From NCBI GenBank assembly GCA_045804225.1, contig JBJMNO010000024.1, positions 132,815-196,814 of the forward strand: 64,000 nt of DNA. The letters are read 5' to 3'. This document shows positions 18,676-26,652 of this stretch, piece after piece; within the stretch, counting starts at the first letter, position 1, and every line of letters starts with the position of its first letter. This DNA comes from Gemmatimonadaceae bacterium. Its GTDB lineage: Bacteria > Gemmatimonadota > Gemmatimonadetes > Gemmatimonadales > Gemmatimonadaceae. The notes under the pieces are model-generated. The model had not been told where the DNA came from, made no database searches, and was given only the letters and a program-made list of their open reading frames with translations. A program made the translations under genes and the position numbers.

Positions 18676-19074
18676 TCACTCACGCGATAGGTCGGTCCCC
18701 TGAGGAGGCGTGTCCTGAAGCCACCGTCCTGACCCCGTTACCTCGATCTCGTCGATGAAGATTTGCTCACACTGAAACTCGATCTGCTCCACGTACCAGG
18801 CATCGATCCATACTCGCCAGTCCGATCCTACACGTTCCAATTCGATGACGGACAGCTCGAGAACATCGCCCGGTTCCGGCTCACACTCGCTGTCTTGTTT
18901 CCAGGTGAAGTCGCGGACGCCAGTGAACTCCACCGCGTACGTTGCGTCCCGGCCATTCTCCGTCGATCGCGCGGTGAAGCGGATGTGACCAGAGTCCGCG
19001 CCGAAGAACGCGTCGATGGGCACGATCGCGCAATACAGTCGCTCGCAAAATTGGCGCGCCGAAGTCTGTTCCAT
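18676..19074 (-). CDS. Hypothetical small acidic protein
   Basis: 132-aa ORF with protein-like composition and no recognisable family. Lies immediately downstream of the ankyrin gene on the same strand. Confidence 0.4.
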   Translation of the reverse strand: MEQTSARQFCERLYCAIVPIDAFFGADSGHIRFTARSTENGRDATYAVEFTGVRDFTWKQDSECEPEPGDVLELSVIELERVGSDWRVWIDAWYVEQIEFQCEQIFIDEIEVTGSGRWLQDTPPQGTDLSRE

Positions 19075-19089
19075 CGAGCCAAGATACCC

Positions 19090-19776
19090 TCAGAAGGAGG
19101 ATTGGATCTGCCCAACGCGTTCCGCGTCCCTGCCGTCCGGCCGCGCACCGTGTTCCATGAGCAGATGTATAATCTTCCGCTGCTCCTCGGCGGAGGCGGT
19201 GCTGCCGCTGCCGGTGCGCCCGGTGTTGTGGACGGCCAAATGCAGCGGCGTGGAACCACTCCCATTCTTGCGCCGCGGATCGGCGCCGTGGGCGAGGAGA
19301 ACGCGAACCGCCGCGGTACAGCGCGTGCGAACCGCCTTGTGCAGCGGCGTCACTCCACTGTTGTCTACCGCATTTGGGTCGGCGCCCGCGTTCAGTAACA
19401 AGGTAACGACAGCTGCCTGCGACTTCGGCGCCCATGTCGTTGAACCAGGCTGTCCAACGGACGCGTAATGTAGCGGTTGCGCGCCGCGGCGATTGTTTGC
19501 GCTCACGTTCGCACCATTGGCGATGAGCTTCTTCGCCATCTCTGTTCGGTACGCCGCCGCCGCGACGTGAAGCGCCGTGTCGCCCACGTAGATGTGATGT
19601 CCGATCTCCTCGACGAAATACGGTGTCGACGAGCTGCGGGTCGCTCCAACGCGCGATGCTTCCGACGCGAGCTCTGGAAACTCCGCGAGCAAGTGCGACG
19701 CGCGTGTGGTGTCACCGGTGGCGATGGCGCGGAGGAGACTCCAGAGCTCCGTCTTTCTTACCTCTCGAGAATTCAT
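19090..19776 (-). CDS. Ankyrin-repeat protein
   Basis: Repeated GDTALHVAA.., RGAQPLHYA.., GVTPLHKAV...LLAHGADP and GSTPLHLAV motifs. Confidence 0.8.
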   Translation of the reverse strand: MNSREVRKTELWSLLRAIATGDTTRASHLLAEFPELASEASRVGATRSSSTPYFVEEIGHHIYVGDTALHVAAAAYRTEMAKKLIANGANVSANNRRGAQPLHYASVGQPGSTTWAPKSQAAVVTLLLNAGADPNAVDNSGVTPLHKAVRTRCTAAVRVLLAHGADPRRKNGSGSTPLHLAVHNTGRTGSGSTASAEEQRKIIHLLMEHGARPDGRDAERVGQIQSSF

Positions 19777-19967
19777 GCTAGTGGTCTGAGGCGTCGCGGC
19801 GAGATGGCAGCCATCAGTTCGGGCTCATTCAAGGTGGCGAAACAGGCATTGCACCCGATAGAGCACGGAGGTGATTGAGAAGAGCAGAGGTGGTCTCAAC
19901 CGGTCGATGCAACACTTTCTGCATCCATTGCTGAATCGCAGATAACGCGGATAGCAGCGACCAAAGC

Positions 19968-20023
19968 AACAGCAGATCCTTCACAGCGCCAGTCCTCGAG
20001 AGAAGCGAATTGCTCAGCATGAC
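19968..20023. repeat. Degenerate REP-family arm
   Basis: AACAGCAGATCCTTCACAGCG...GCTCAGCATGAC, with an internal insertion. Confidence 0.55.
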
Positions 20024-20189
20024 CGGTGGGCTGTAGCTCGGCGGTGTGCAGGTCCCAGAACAGCGTCCGGGCTCGTGGCGAAGGGAGCGCGATCGGCCGA
20101 GGGACAGATCCGTGCAATCCGACAGATCCGTGAAATCCGTATTCTCCTGGTTGTGTCGCTCTTCTCTCAGCTCCGAAAAGCAGAGGTGG

Positions 20190-20232
20190 CAATCGGTCGA
20201 TGCAACACTTCGGGTGTTGCGTCGACCGATTG
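20190..20232. other. Near-perfect 19-20 bp hairpin capped by a TTCG tetraloop
   Basis: CAATCGGTCGATGCAACAC-TTCG-GGTGTTGCGTCGACCGATTG, with one T/C (G-U type) mismatch. Confidence 0.8.
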
Positions 20233-20240
20233 AACTCACC

Positions 20241-20265
20241 GATCCTTCGCTTCGCTCAGGATGAC
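20241..20265. repeat. Partial REP-family arm (GATCCTTCGCTTCGCTCAGGATGAC)
   Basis: Read directly. Confidence 0.8.
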
Positions 20266-20310
20266 ATTGGGGGGTCAAGGGTGACATTGGGCCCCAGGGT
20301 GATACTCGGG

Positions 20311-20359
20311 CCAAAACGAAGATCACCATGCACAGGCTTCTGGCCCACGCATGGTGATC
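20311..20359 (-). terminator. Putative intrinsic terminator of the SusC/SusD operon
   Basis: 11-bp stem GATCACCATGC (20321-20331) pairs with GCATGGTGATC (20349-20359), followed on the minus strand by TTCGTTTTGG (20311-20320). It lies just after the post-stop heptamer array. Confidence 0.5.
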
Positions 20360-20360
20360 A

Positions 20361-20419
20361 CCCACAACCCACAACCCACAACCCACAACCCTCTACCCTC
20401 TACCCTCTACCCTCTACCC
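20361..20419 (-). repeat. Tandem heptamers (CCCACAA)x4 (CCCTCTA)x4 CCC, equal to minus-strand (GGGTAGA)x4 (GGGTTGT)x4 GGG
   Basis: Read directly. Starts 3 nt after the SusD stop. Gives nine G3 tracts with 4-nt loops. Confidence 0.9.
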
Positions 20420-20422
20420 AGT

Positions 20423-21874
20423 TCAGCTACCAATCGCGCACGGCACCGTGAGGCGTCGTGCGTCACACTCGGCAGAGGGGATGAGCATATTCGGATGAAC
20501 CACGTCGCCCGCCCGGTCCAGCGGCAGCGTCGCCAATCGCCCGTACCGGCGCGCGTCGATCCACCGCGTGCCCTGCGTCCACATCAGCGAATAGGTGCGG
20601 TTGTAGAGCAGCTCGTCGACGAACGCAGCATCAGGGCTCGCGGCAGTGAGCGTCGTGGGCGCGAGACCGCCGGCGTTCACCCGCACGAGATTGATGTCGT
20701 TGATGGCTCCCGCCTTGTTGGCGGTGTTCCAACGAATCTCGGCGCGGAGCAGCAGCAGCTCCTCGTTCGTGATCCATGGAACGTCGGCTCCCGGATCGGC
20801 AGCGAGCGTCTCCGGGTCGTTGTACATCACCGGCTTGTACGTCCCGGTCAGGTTGTTCAGTGTTCGCGGTGTCGGCGCCAACGCGACCTTCGTGGTGAGC
20901 CGAAGATCGGGCTCGCCGTTTGGACGCAGCTGCGCGCCGGAGATGATCGAGGGGTGCACCCAATACGTGTTGGACTCCAGTACATCCGATACCGGGTTCG
21001 AAAGCTCGTTAGGTGCGCCGGTGTAGCCGAAGTAGACCCCCAGCTTCAGCGACGCCGGAAGCCCAGCCTCGGTGATGAATGATTGGTTGATCGCCGTCGA
21101 GGCCTGTCCCCAGCACGCCGCGCAGTTCACGAACGTTGCGCGATGCACGAGGAGCTTCGCCGCGAGCGCGCGATTGAACTGCGCGAACGTAGCGGGGGTG
21201 GTGAACCCCGTGTAACCGGGAACGAACGAGAATGGGAAGCTGCTGCCGCCAGCCAGAAGATCGGCGTAGCCCTGGTCGAAGAGTGCGGATGCCGCGGCCA
21301 TCGCGTCCGTCATCGACACGAGCGGCGCAGGCGGATCGGTGAGAGGCCGATCGACGTCGATCGGAATGCCCGTCGGCCCGCTCCGAATTGCAAGAATGTG
21401 CAAATGCCACGCTTTGATCGTCTCCGCGAATCCAAGCGCTGCCTTCTTCTCTTGCGCGGTCAGCGCGCTCGCGTTGGTCAGGGCGGCCACGTAGACGTTG
21501 ATCGTTCGGATCGCCTGGTACTGGCCGCTCCAAATGCCGCCGGCCCGTCCACCCGGATCCTGCGGTCCACGGATCTCCTCTCCCGTCTCGCGTGGATCGT
21601 TGCCGAGCAGATTCCAGCCCTCGCGGCCGTAGATGCCCCACTGCTGGATGATCGACGGAAGGTCGTTGAAGGCCTGCGTCTGAATGCCAACCGCCGCACG
21701 CGAAAGCACGTCCCGCGATGGCGACGAGCTCAGTGTTTCGGCGGTTGGTGAGTTGAGATTTTGCACATCGAAATTGTTGCACGCCGCGATCAGGACACCG
21801 GCGGCGGCGAGAAGTGTCAACACACGGCGCCTTCGCGGCATCACCGTGCGGATCTGTCGAGTCGTCGTCGTCAT
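20423..21874 (-). CDS. SusD/RagB-family outer-membrane lipoprotein
   Basis: Track ORF 20423..22003. The start MTTTTRQIRTVMPRRRRVLTLLAAAGVLIAACNNF (lipobox) at 21874 overlaps the SusC stop as TGATG. The sequence is RagB/SusD-like throughout. Confidence 0.85.
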   Translation of the reverse strand: MTTTTRQIRTVMPRRRRVLTLLAAAGVLIAACNNFDVQNLNSPTAETLSSSPSRDVLSRAAVGIQTQAFNDLPSIIQQWGIYGREGWNLLGNDPRETGEEIRGPQDPGGRAGGIWSGQYQAIRTINVYVAALTNASALTAQEKKAALGFAETIKAWHLHILAIRSGPTGIPIDVDRPLTDPPAPLVSMTDAMAAASALFDQGYADLLAGGSSFPFSFVPGYTGFTTPATFAQFNRALAAKLLVHRATFVNCAACWGQASTAINQSFITEAGLPASLKLGVYFGYTGAPNELSNPVSDVLESNTYWVHPSIISGAQLRPNGEPDLRLTTKVALAPTPRTLNNLTGTYKPVMYNDPETLAADPGADVPWITNEELLLLRAEIRWNTANKAGAINDINLVRVNAGGLAPTTLTAASPDAAFVDELLYNRTYSLMWTQGTRWIDARRYGRLATLPLDRAGDVVHPNMLIPSAECDARRLTVPCAIGS

Positions 21875-24819
21875 CAGAACCCCACCGAGAAGTCGAAGAA
21901 GAAGCTGCGGCTCGGCGGATACGGAGCCACATCGAGATTGTTGCGGATGGCGGCAGAGCCGACGTTCGCTACTTCGGGATCGAGCCCGGAGTATTTCTGC
22001 CACGTGAGCAGGTTCCGGCCGCTCACGCCAACGCTGATGTTGCGCGCACCGAGACCGGCGCGGTTCACCCAGGATTGGGGAAGGGTCGCGCGAAGGCTCA
22101 CCTCACGAACCTTCAAGAACGAGGCGTCCTCGATGTACGGCGTCATCACGCCGCCATTGTAACCCTTCATTCGATACTGCCATGCGGGCGAGCCGTAGTC
22201 GGCCGAGAGCCCGGCGTCGTCGTAGAGAAACTGCGTGAGGTTGATGATGTCGCCGCCGTGCTGGTAATCGAGCACGACGTTGAGCCCGAACGGCCCGTAC
22301 GTGAGGTCGTTCACGAGGCCCATCCGGTAGTCGGGAGCCGAATTGCCGATCTGGACGTCGGTGGTGGTGCGGTTGCCGCTCGCATCGAATGCGCGCCCGA
22401 CAATCTGGGTCAGCGGCTTACCCTCCTGAATGAACGTCACGCCCAAACCACCGAATCCGGAGAGGGGCGGACGGAACGGAGGTAGACCGGCAAGGTCTTT
22501 CACCTCGCTCGTGTACCGAGTGTACGTCGTTCGGACGAGCCATACGGTGTTCGCGCGCTGCACCGGCGTGATGCCGAGCGACGCCTCGATCCCGCGGTTC
22601 TCGATCCGTCCGCCGTTGAACACCTGGCTGGTGAAACCGGTGGATGGTGCCGGCACGCGCTGCAGCAGCAGGTTGGTCGTGTTGCGGTCGAAGCCGGTGA
22701 GCTCCCAGGTGAGTCGGCTGTGCAACGCGATGCCGTCGATGCCGACCTCTATCTCTTTCACCCGCTCCGGCTCGACACCTGAGAAGCCGGCGTCTGTCGC
22801 GACGGTGAATCCGGACACACTACCGAGTTGCGGCGTGCCGAGCTGGGTGAACTTCTGGCCGAAGATGGGGAGATTGCCTGTCTCGCCGTAGGCGATGCGC
22901 GGCTTGAGCTCACTGCCCGAGCCGAGCAGGCCGAGGATGCGATAGGAGGCGGAGATCTTCGGGAAGATGTTGTACTTCGCGACGTCACCGTCCACGCTGC
23001 TTCGCTCGGCGCGCAGACCGGCTTGCACGAGCAGCAACTCGTTGAGCAGTCGAATTTCCTCCTGCCCATAGAAGGCGAAGGTGCGCTCCTGCGTGAGGTT
23101 CTGCGTTCCCGTGGTGTTGGTTCCCTGGCCGACGAACCGCTCTCCAGGAATCAGGTTCGTCGTCTCGATGCGGCTCGTGGCGAGCTGGCGATCTTCATAC
23201 TGAAGACCGGCCGACGTATTGAGGGACCAGCCGCGGCTGTGAAAGATGTGCACCGCGTTGGCGTTCCAGTTGTAGTACTTGCTGTCGCCGTCGTTGTCGA
23301 TCGCCGCACCTGGCAGGGTTACCGGCTGCTCGAAGAACAGCTCGTTAGGCGCCCACAGCTGATTGTTCTGATGGAAGATGTCGAGTCCTCCCGCGGCGAC
23401 GAAGCGGAGCGACTGCGTCGTGGTGTTGAGCGCGTTGTAATCCATGGTCATGCCGCCGGTGAAGCGGTTCGTGACTTCATGGTTCTTCGCGAGATCGTCC
23501 GTCTGCAGCTGATTGGCGTGGATTCCCCAGTCGGGCGCAACGTAATTGCCGGTGGCATCACGCTGGCGCAGGTCGACGAAGCTGGGAGTGTACGCGAAGG
23601 CGTAGCCACCGCAGGCGAAGTTGTTACAGTTGTTGTTCCAGCCGCGATCGTTGGCGGCGCGGTTGAAGACGCTCGACACGTGCACACCGATCTTCGCGCC
23701 GAGGTCCTGATCGATGTTGGCGCGGAGCCCCTGGCGATCGAAGCCCGTGTTTCGCTCGATGCCGCCGTCGTGCTTGTTGGTGACGCCGAGGAAATAGCGC
23801 GTCCGGTCCGTGCCGCCTGTTACGTCGGCAACGGTCTCGTAGGAGAGGTTGCTGGGCGTGTATGCCTGATCGTAGTGGTTGAAGTACGGGTTCGGATTGT
23901 TGTCGAACCAATGCGCGATCCCCTGGCCGTACTTGGCTACTGCGTCGGTCTCGGTGAAGTGCCGGCTCTCGAGCGTCCTGGATGGCCGGAATTGGCCGAG
24001 CCGCTGCTGCAGCCGCACGCTGCTTTGGCCGGCCTGTCCGCGCCGCGTCGTGATGATGACGACGCCGTTCGCGGCCTTCGAGCCGTAGATCGAGGAAGCC
24101 GCCGCGCCCTTGAGGATCTCGATGTTCTCGATGTCGTTGGGGTTGATGTCGGCGACGCGGTTCACGGCATCGTCCTCGGCGGTCGCGAACGCGGCGGCCG
24201 AGATATCGCCGCGGCCGCTCGCGACACTGGCGTTGGAGTAGATCACGCCGTCCACCACGTAGAGCGGATCGTACGCGCCCAGGATGGTGTTGTTGCCGCG
24301 GATCTGCATCTGGATGCCGCCTCCGGGTGCACCGGAGTTCGACTGCAGGTTCACGCCGCTGATCTTGCCGACGAGTGCGTTCTCGATGGTGGGAGCTGCG
24401 ACTTGGGTGAGCTCTTCACCGGAGACGCGCGCGACGGCCGTTGTCGCACTCCGGACGTCGACGGTCGTCGCCTGGCCAGTGACAACGACGCTCTCGAGCA
24501 GAAGCGGATCCTTGTCGAGAGCGAAGTCGGCCGTGTTCACGCTCGCGTCGACGGGCCGTGAAACGCGCTTGTAGCCGAGTGCGCGGACGAGGAGGGTGAT
24601 GTTGCCATTCGGTGCCGCGAGCCGGAACTGGCCATTGGCGCCAGCGCGAGCGGTTGCCGCGGTACCGGGGACAGAGACGGTCGCACCCGGCAGCGGCTCG
24701 GCGGTGCCCGCGATGGTGACGGTGCCGGTGATGATACGTGATTGAGCGCGACTGACAGCTGGGAGCAGCACGAGGAGCGCTGCCGCAGTGACTGCCAGAC
24801 GCGAGAGGGGTCGTCGCAC
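21874..24819 (-). CDS. SusC/RagA-type TonB-dependent receptor
   Basis: 981 aa with a signal peptide and an N-terminal carboxypeptidase-regulatory-like domain (ITGTVT..AEPLPGATVSV). The plug region reads DPLYVVDGV, and the C-terminal beta-barrel ends ...FFFDFSVGF. Confidence 0.9.
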   Translation of the reverse strand: MRRPLSRLAVTAAALLVLLPAVSRAQSRIITGTVTIAGTAEPLPGATVSVPGTAATARAGANGQFRLAAPNGNITLLVRALGYKRVSRPVDASVNTADFALDKDPLLLESVVVTGQATTVDVRSATTAVARVSGEELTQVAAPTIENALVGKISGVNLQSNSGAPGGGIQMQIRGNNTILGAYDPLYVVDGVIYSNASVASGRGDISAAAFATAEDDAVNRVADINPNDIENIEILKGAAASSIYGSKAANGVVIITTRRGQAGQSSVRLQQRLGQFRPSRTLESRHFTETDAVAKYGQGIAHWFDNNPNPYFNHYDQAYTPSNLSYETVADVTGGTDRTRYFLGVTNKHDGGIERNTGFDRQGLRANIDQDLGAKIGVHVSSVFNRAANDRGWNNNCNNFACGGYAFAYTPSFVDLRQRDATGNYVAPDWGIHANQLQTDDLAKNHEVTNRFTGGMTMDYNALNTTTQSLRFVAAGGLDIFHQNNQLWAPNELFFEQPVTLPGAAIDNDGDSKYYNWNANAVHIFHSRGWSLNTSAGLQYEDRQLATSRIETTNLIPGERFVGQGTNTTGTQNLTQERTFAFYGQEEIRLLNELLLVQAGLRAERSSVDGDVAKYNIFPKISASYRILGLLGSGSELKPRIAYGETGNLPIFGQKFTQLGTPQLGSVSGFTVATDAGFSGVEPERVKEIEVGIDGIALHSRLTWELTGFDRNTTNLLLQRVPAPSTGFTSQVFNGGRIENRGIEASLGITPVQRANTVWLVRTTYTRYTSEVKDLAGLPPFRPPLSGFGGLGVTFIQEGKPLTQIVGRAFDASGNRTTTDVQIGNSAPDYRMGLVNDLTYGPFGLNVVLDYQHGGDIINLTQFLYDDAGLSADYGSPAWQYRMKGYNGGVMTPYIEDASFLKVREVSLRATLPQSWVNRAGLGARNISVGVSGRNLLTWQKYSGLDPEVANVGSAAIRNNLDVAPYPPSRSFFFDFSVGF

Positions 24820-25134
24820 GAGGCCTCCCTACGCGAAAGGGCTATGAAGAATGATCAAAAGGACAGAGCGAGAATCCACCGTGGGCACGCCGATGTCAAG
24901 GACAGTTGCGGAGAGGGACGAACCGTGATATTCGGCGTTGCGGTCGCCGCTCTTGGCCGGCTGGGGTCGTTAGGCGACTCTTGTGCGAGTGTTGTCCGAG
25001 TGAATTACCCGTCTCGAACTTCGACACACGATACGCTGGTACGCGGTCTTGTATCGCAGGAGCTCAGAACGTGTCGTTCGATTGAAAGCTGTTTCCCGGG
25101 ATCGCGAGCACCTCTTTCTGGGCCAAAACGCGTT

Positions 25135-25978
25135 CCGCTGGAACGAAAGTCCGTTCCGCCGCAAGAGACTTCGCACCGCGAAAGCTCGAATCCGTTCCGC
25201 GACAACGCATACTCTTCCGCGAGCAGTAGAAGCTCGTGCGGCAATTCGAAAGTCGATCCGCTGAAATGCACGCGCGAACCCGAAGGAGCGTGGCACGCGC
25301 CGCTCACTCGCGCGCGCTTTCCTCCGGAACTCGGCTCCAATCCGCCGCTTTAAACGCGCTCCGCTGGAACTGAAGCTCTGTCCGCCGCACCGCGTAGCGC
25401 GCCGCCGGATTGAAAGTTCGTCCGGCGGATGAAATGTCTGGCCGCGAGATCTGGATCGGTGCCGCGGGATCGCGCACGCCAACCGCAACATCGCACACGT
25501 CGCTCGCTACAATGCGCCGTTGACCCGCGCAACGCGCACAGTGACCGAAGGTTCTGAAGTGCGATCCATCGGAACGCGCAGTCGCTCTTCGAGATTCAAA
25601 GCGACGCCGCGACAACGCAGACACGCATCGCTCGATCGTACAGCCGCATGGCGAGCACGCGCATGCGCGCCTTGAAAATTCGCACTCGCACCGCTGCGAC
25701 GCGCACGCTCACCGTTCATCGCGCACACGCACCGCGACGATAACAACGGCATCGCGACAACGCGCACGCGCATCGGCACTACGCGCAGTCGCACCCCCAC
25801 AATGCGAATGCACATGGCTGCGACGCGCAGGGGCATCATCCATTCGAACACGCGCACCGCCGACTTCTCACGCGCACCGCTCATTTCTTGCTCTGCACCG
25901 CTGATTCCTCACTTACACCGCCGATTCCTCACTTGCACCGCTAATTCCTCACTCGCCACCGCCCATTTCTCACCGGAG
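25135..25978. repeat. Degenerate tandem array with 20-21 nt period (about 18 phased units at 25135-25500, a degenerate middle, and 6 well-conserved units at 25851-25978)
   Basis: CCGC recurs at 25135, 25156, 25176, 25197, 25217, 25258, 25300, 25342, 25361, 25382, 25402, 25442, 25462 and 25483, and again at 25857, 25877, 25898, 25918, 25938 and 25959. The last units have the consensus CACCGCNGATTCCTCACTTR. No credible ORF. Confidence 0.7.
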
Positions 25979-26143
25979 AATGATGATGCTGACAACGAGC
26001 CTGCTGCTCGCGCGACCGCCTCACGCTGACCGACAGCTTGACCCCGATCAGCGCGGTCACTTTCGCACTTCTCGCTCGACCACGGCCACTGCGACGCGCA
26101 CGGTGGCCGCTCTTTGCCCCAGACCTTTTATATAGGATGGGTG

Positions 26144-26650
26144 CTATGGGAATTGCGCTGTGCGCGCCGCCGCCAGGAATTGAAGCAGCCCATCTGGTGA
26201 GGCGCTCTCCGTCATGAATTCCATCATGGTGTTCCCGCGCGGAAAGCCAGCGAACGCGAAGTAATGACCGCGAGGCGCGCGCCCGCTCCTCGAGTACTGT
26301 CCCGTGACGAGCAATGCGCGACGTCCCTGGAACTCGTCTTCGCATTGCTGGACGCCAATCGCGTCGGCACCGAGCCTGAGACTGTCAATCGGATGCGACC
26401 CATACTCGAGGCTCCAATCCAGATCCCCCCAAGCCGTGACAATCTTTCCGCAAGCCGTGTCAAAACAGTGAACTGCGACCTCTTTAGCTCCGGCCGGCAA
26501 GCGCATTCGGAAGCGGTAATCGGCAGGGGTGAAGTCGACCCACCCAGCCGTATCGACCTGCGATATCGCGCACGGCGCCGGAATCTTTGCGTCGGTCGAC
26601 TGGATCGCGCAGGCGAGTGCGAGAGTGAGTGCGGAAGGAGTAAGTCGCAT
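26144..26650 (-). CDS. Hypothetical lipoprotein
   Basis: MRLTPSALTLALACAIQS is lipobox-like. 168 aa, no recognisable family. Begins 3 nt after the AraC gene stop. Confidence 0.5.
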   Translation of the reverse strand: MRLTPSALTLALACAIQSTDAKIPAPCAISQVDTAGWVDFTPADYRFRMRLPAGAKEVAVHCFDTACGKIVTAWGDLDWSLEYGSHPIDSLRLGADAIGVQQCEDEFQGRRALLVTGQYSRSGRAPRGHYFAFAGFPRGNTMMEFMTESASPDGLLQFLAAARTAQFP

Positions 26651-26652
26651 CG

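Noticed and set aside
25135-25978. Possible CRISPR array, because of the regularly spaced short repeats
   Set aside because: The units are contiguous 20-21-mers with no unique spacers between them. The repeats are degenerate rather than near-identical, and no cas genes or leader are present in the window.
24820-26143. Possible replication origin (a long noncoding region with iteron-like repeats)
   Set aside because: I saw no DnaA-box-like TTATCCACA elements, no AT-rich unwinding element, and no dnaA/dnaN/parAB neighbours. The region remains unexplained.
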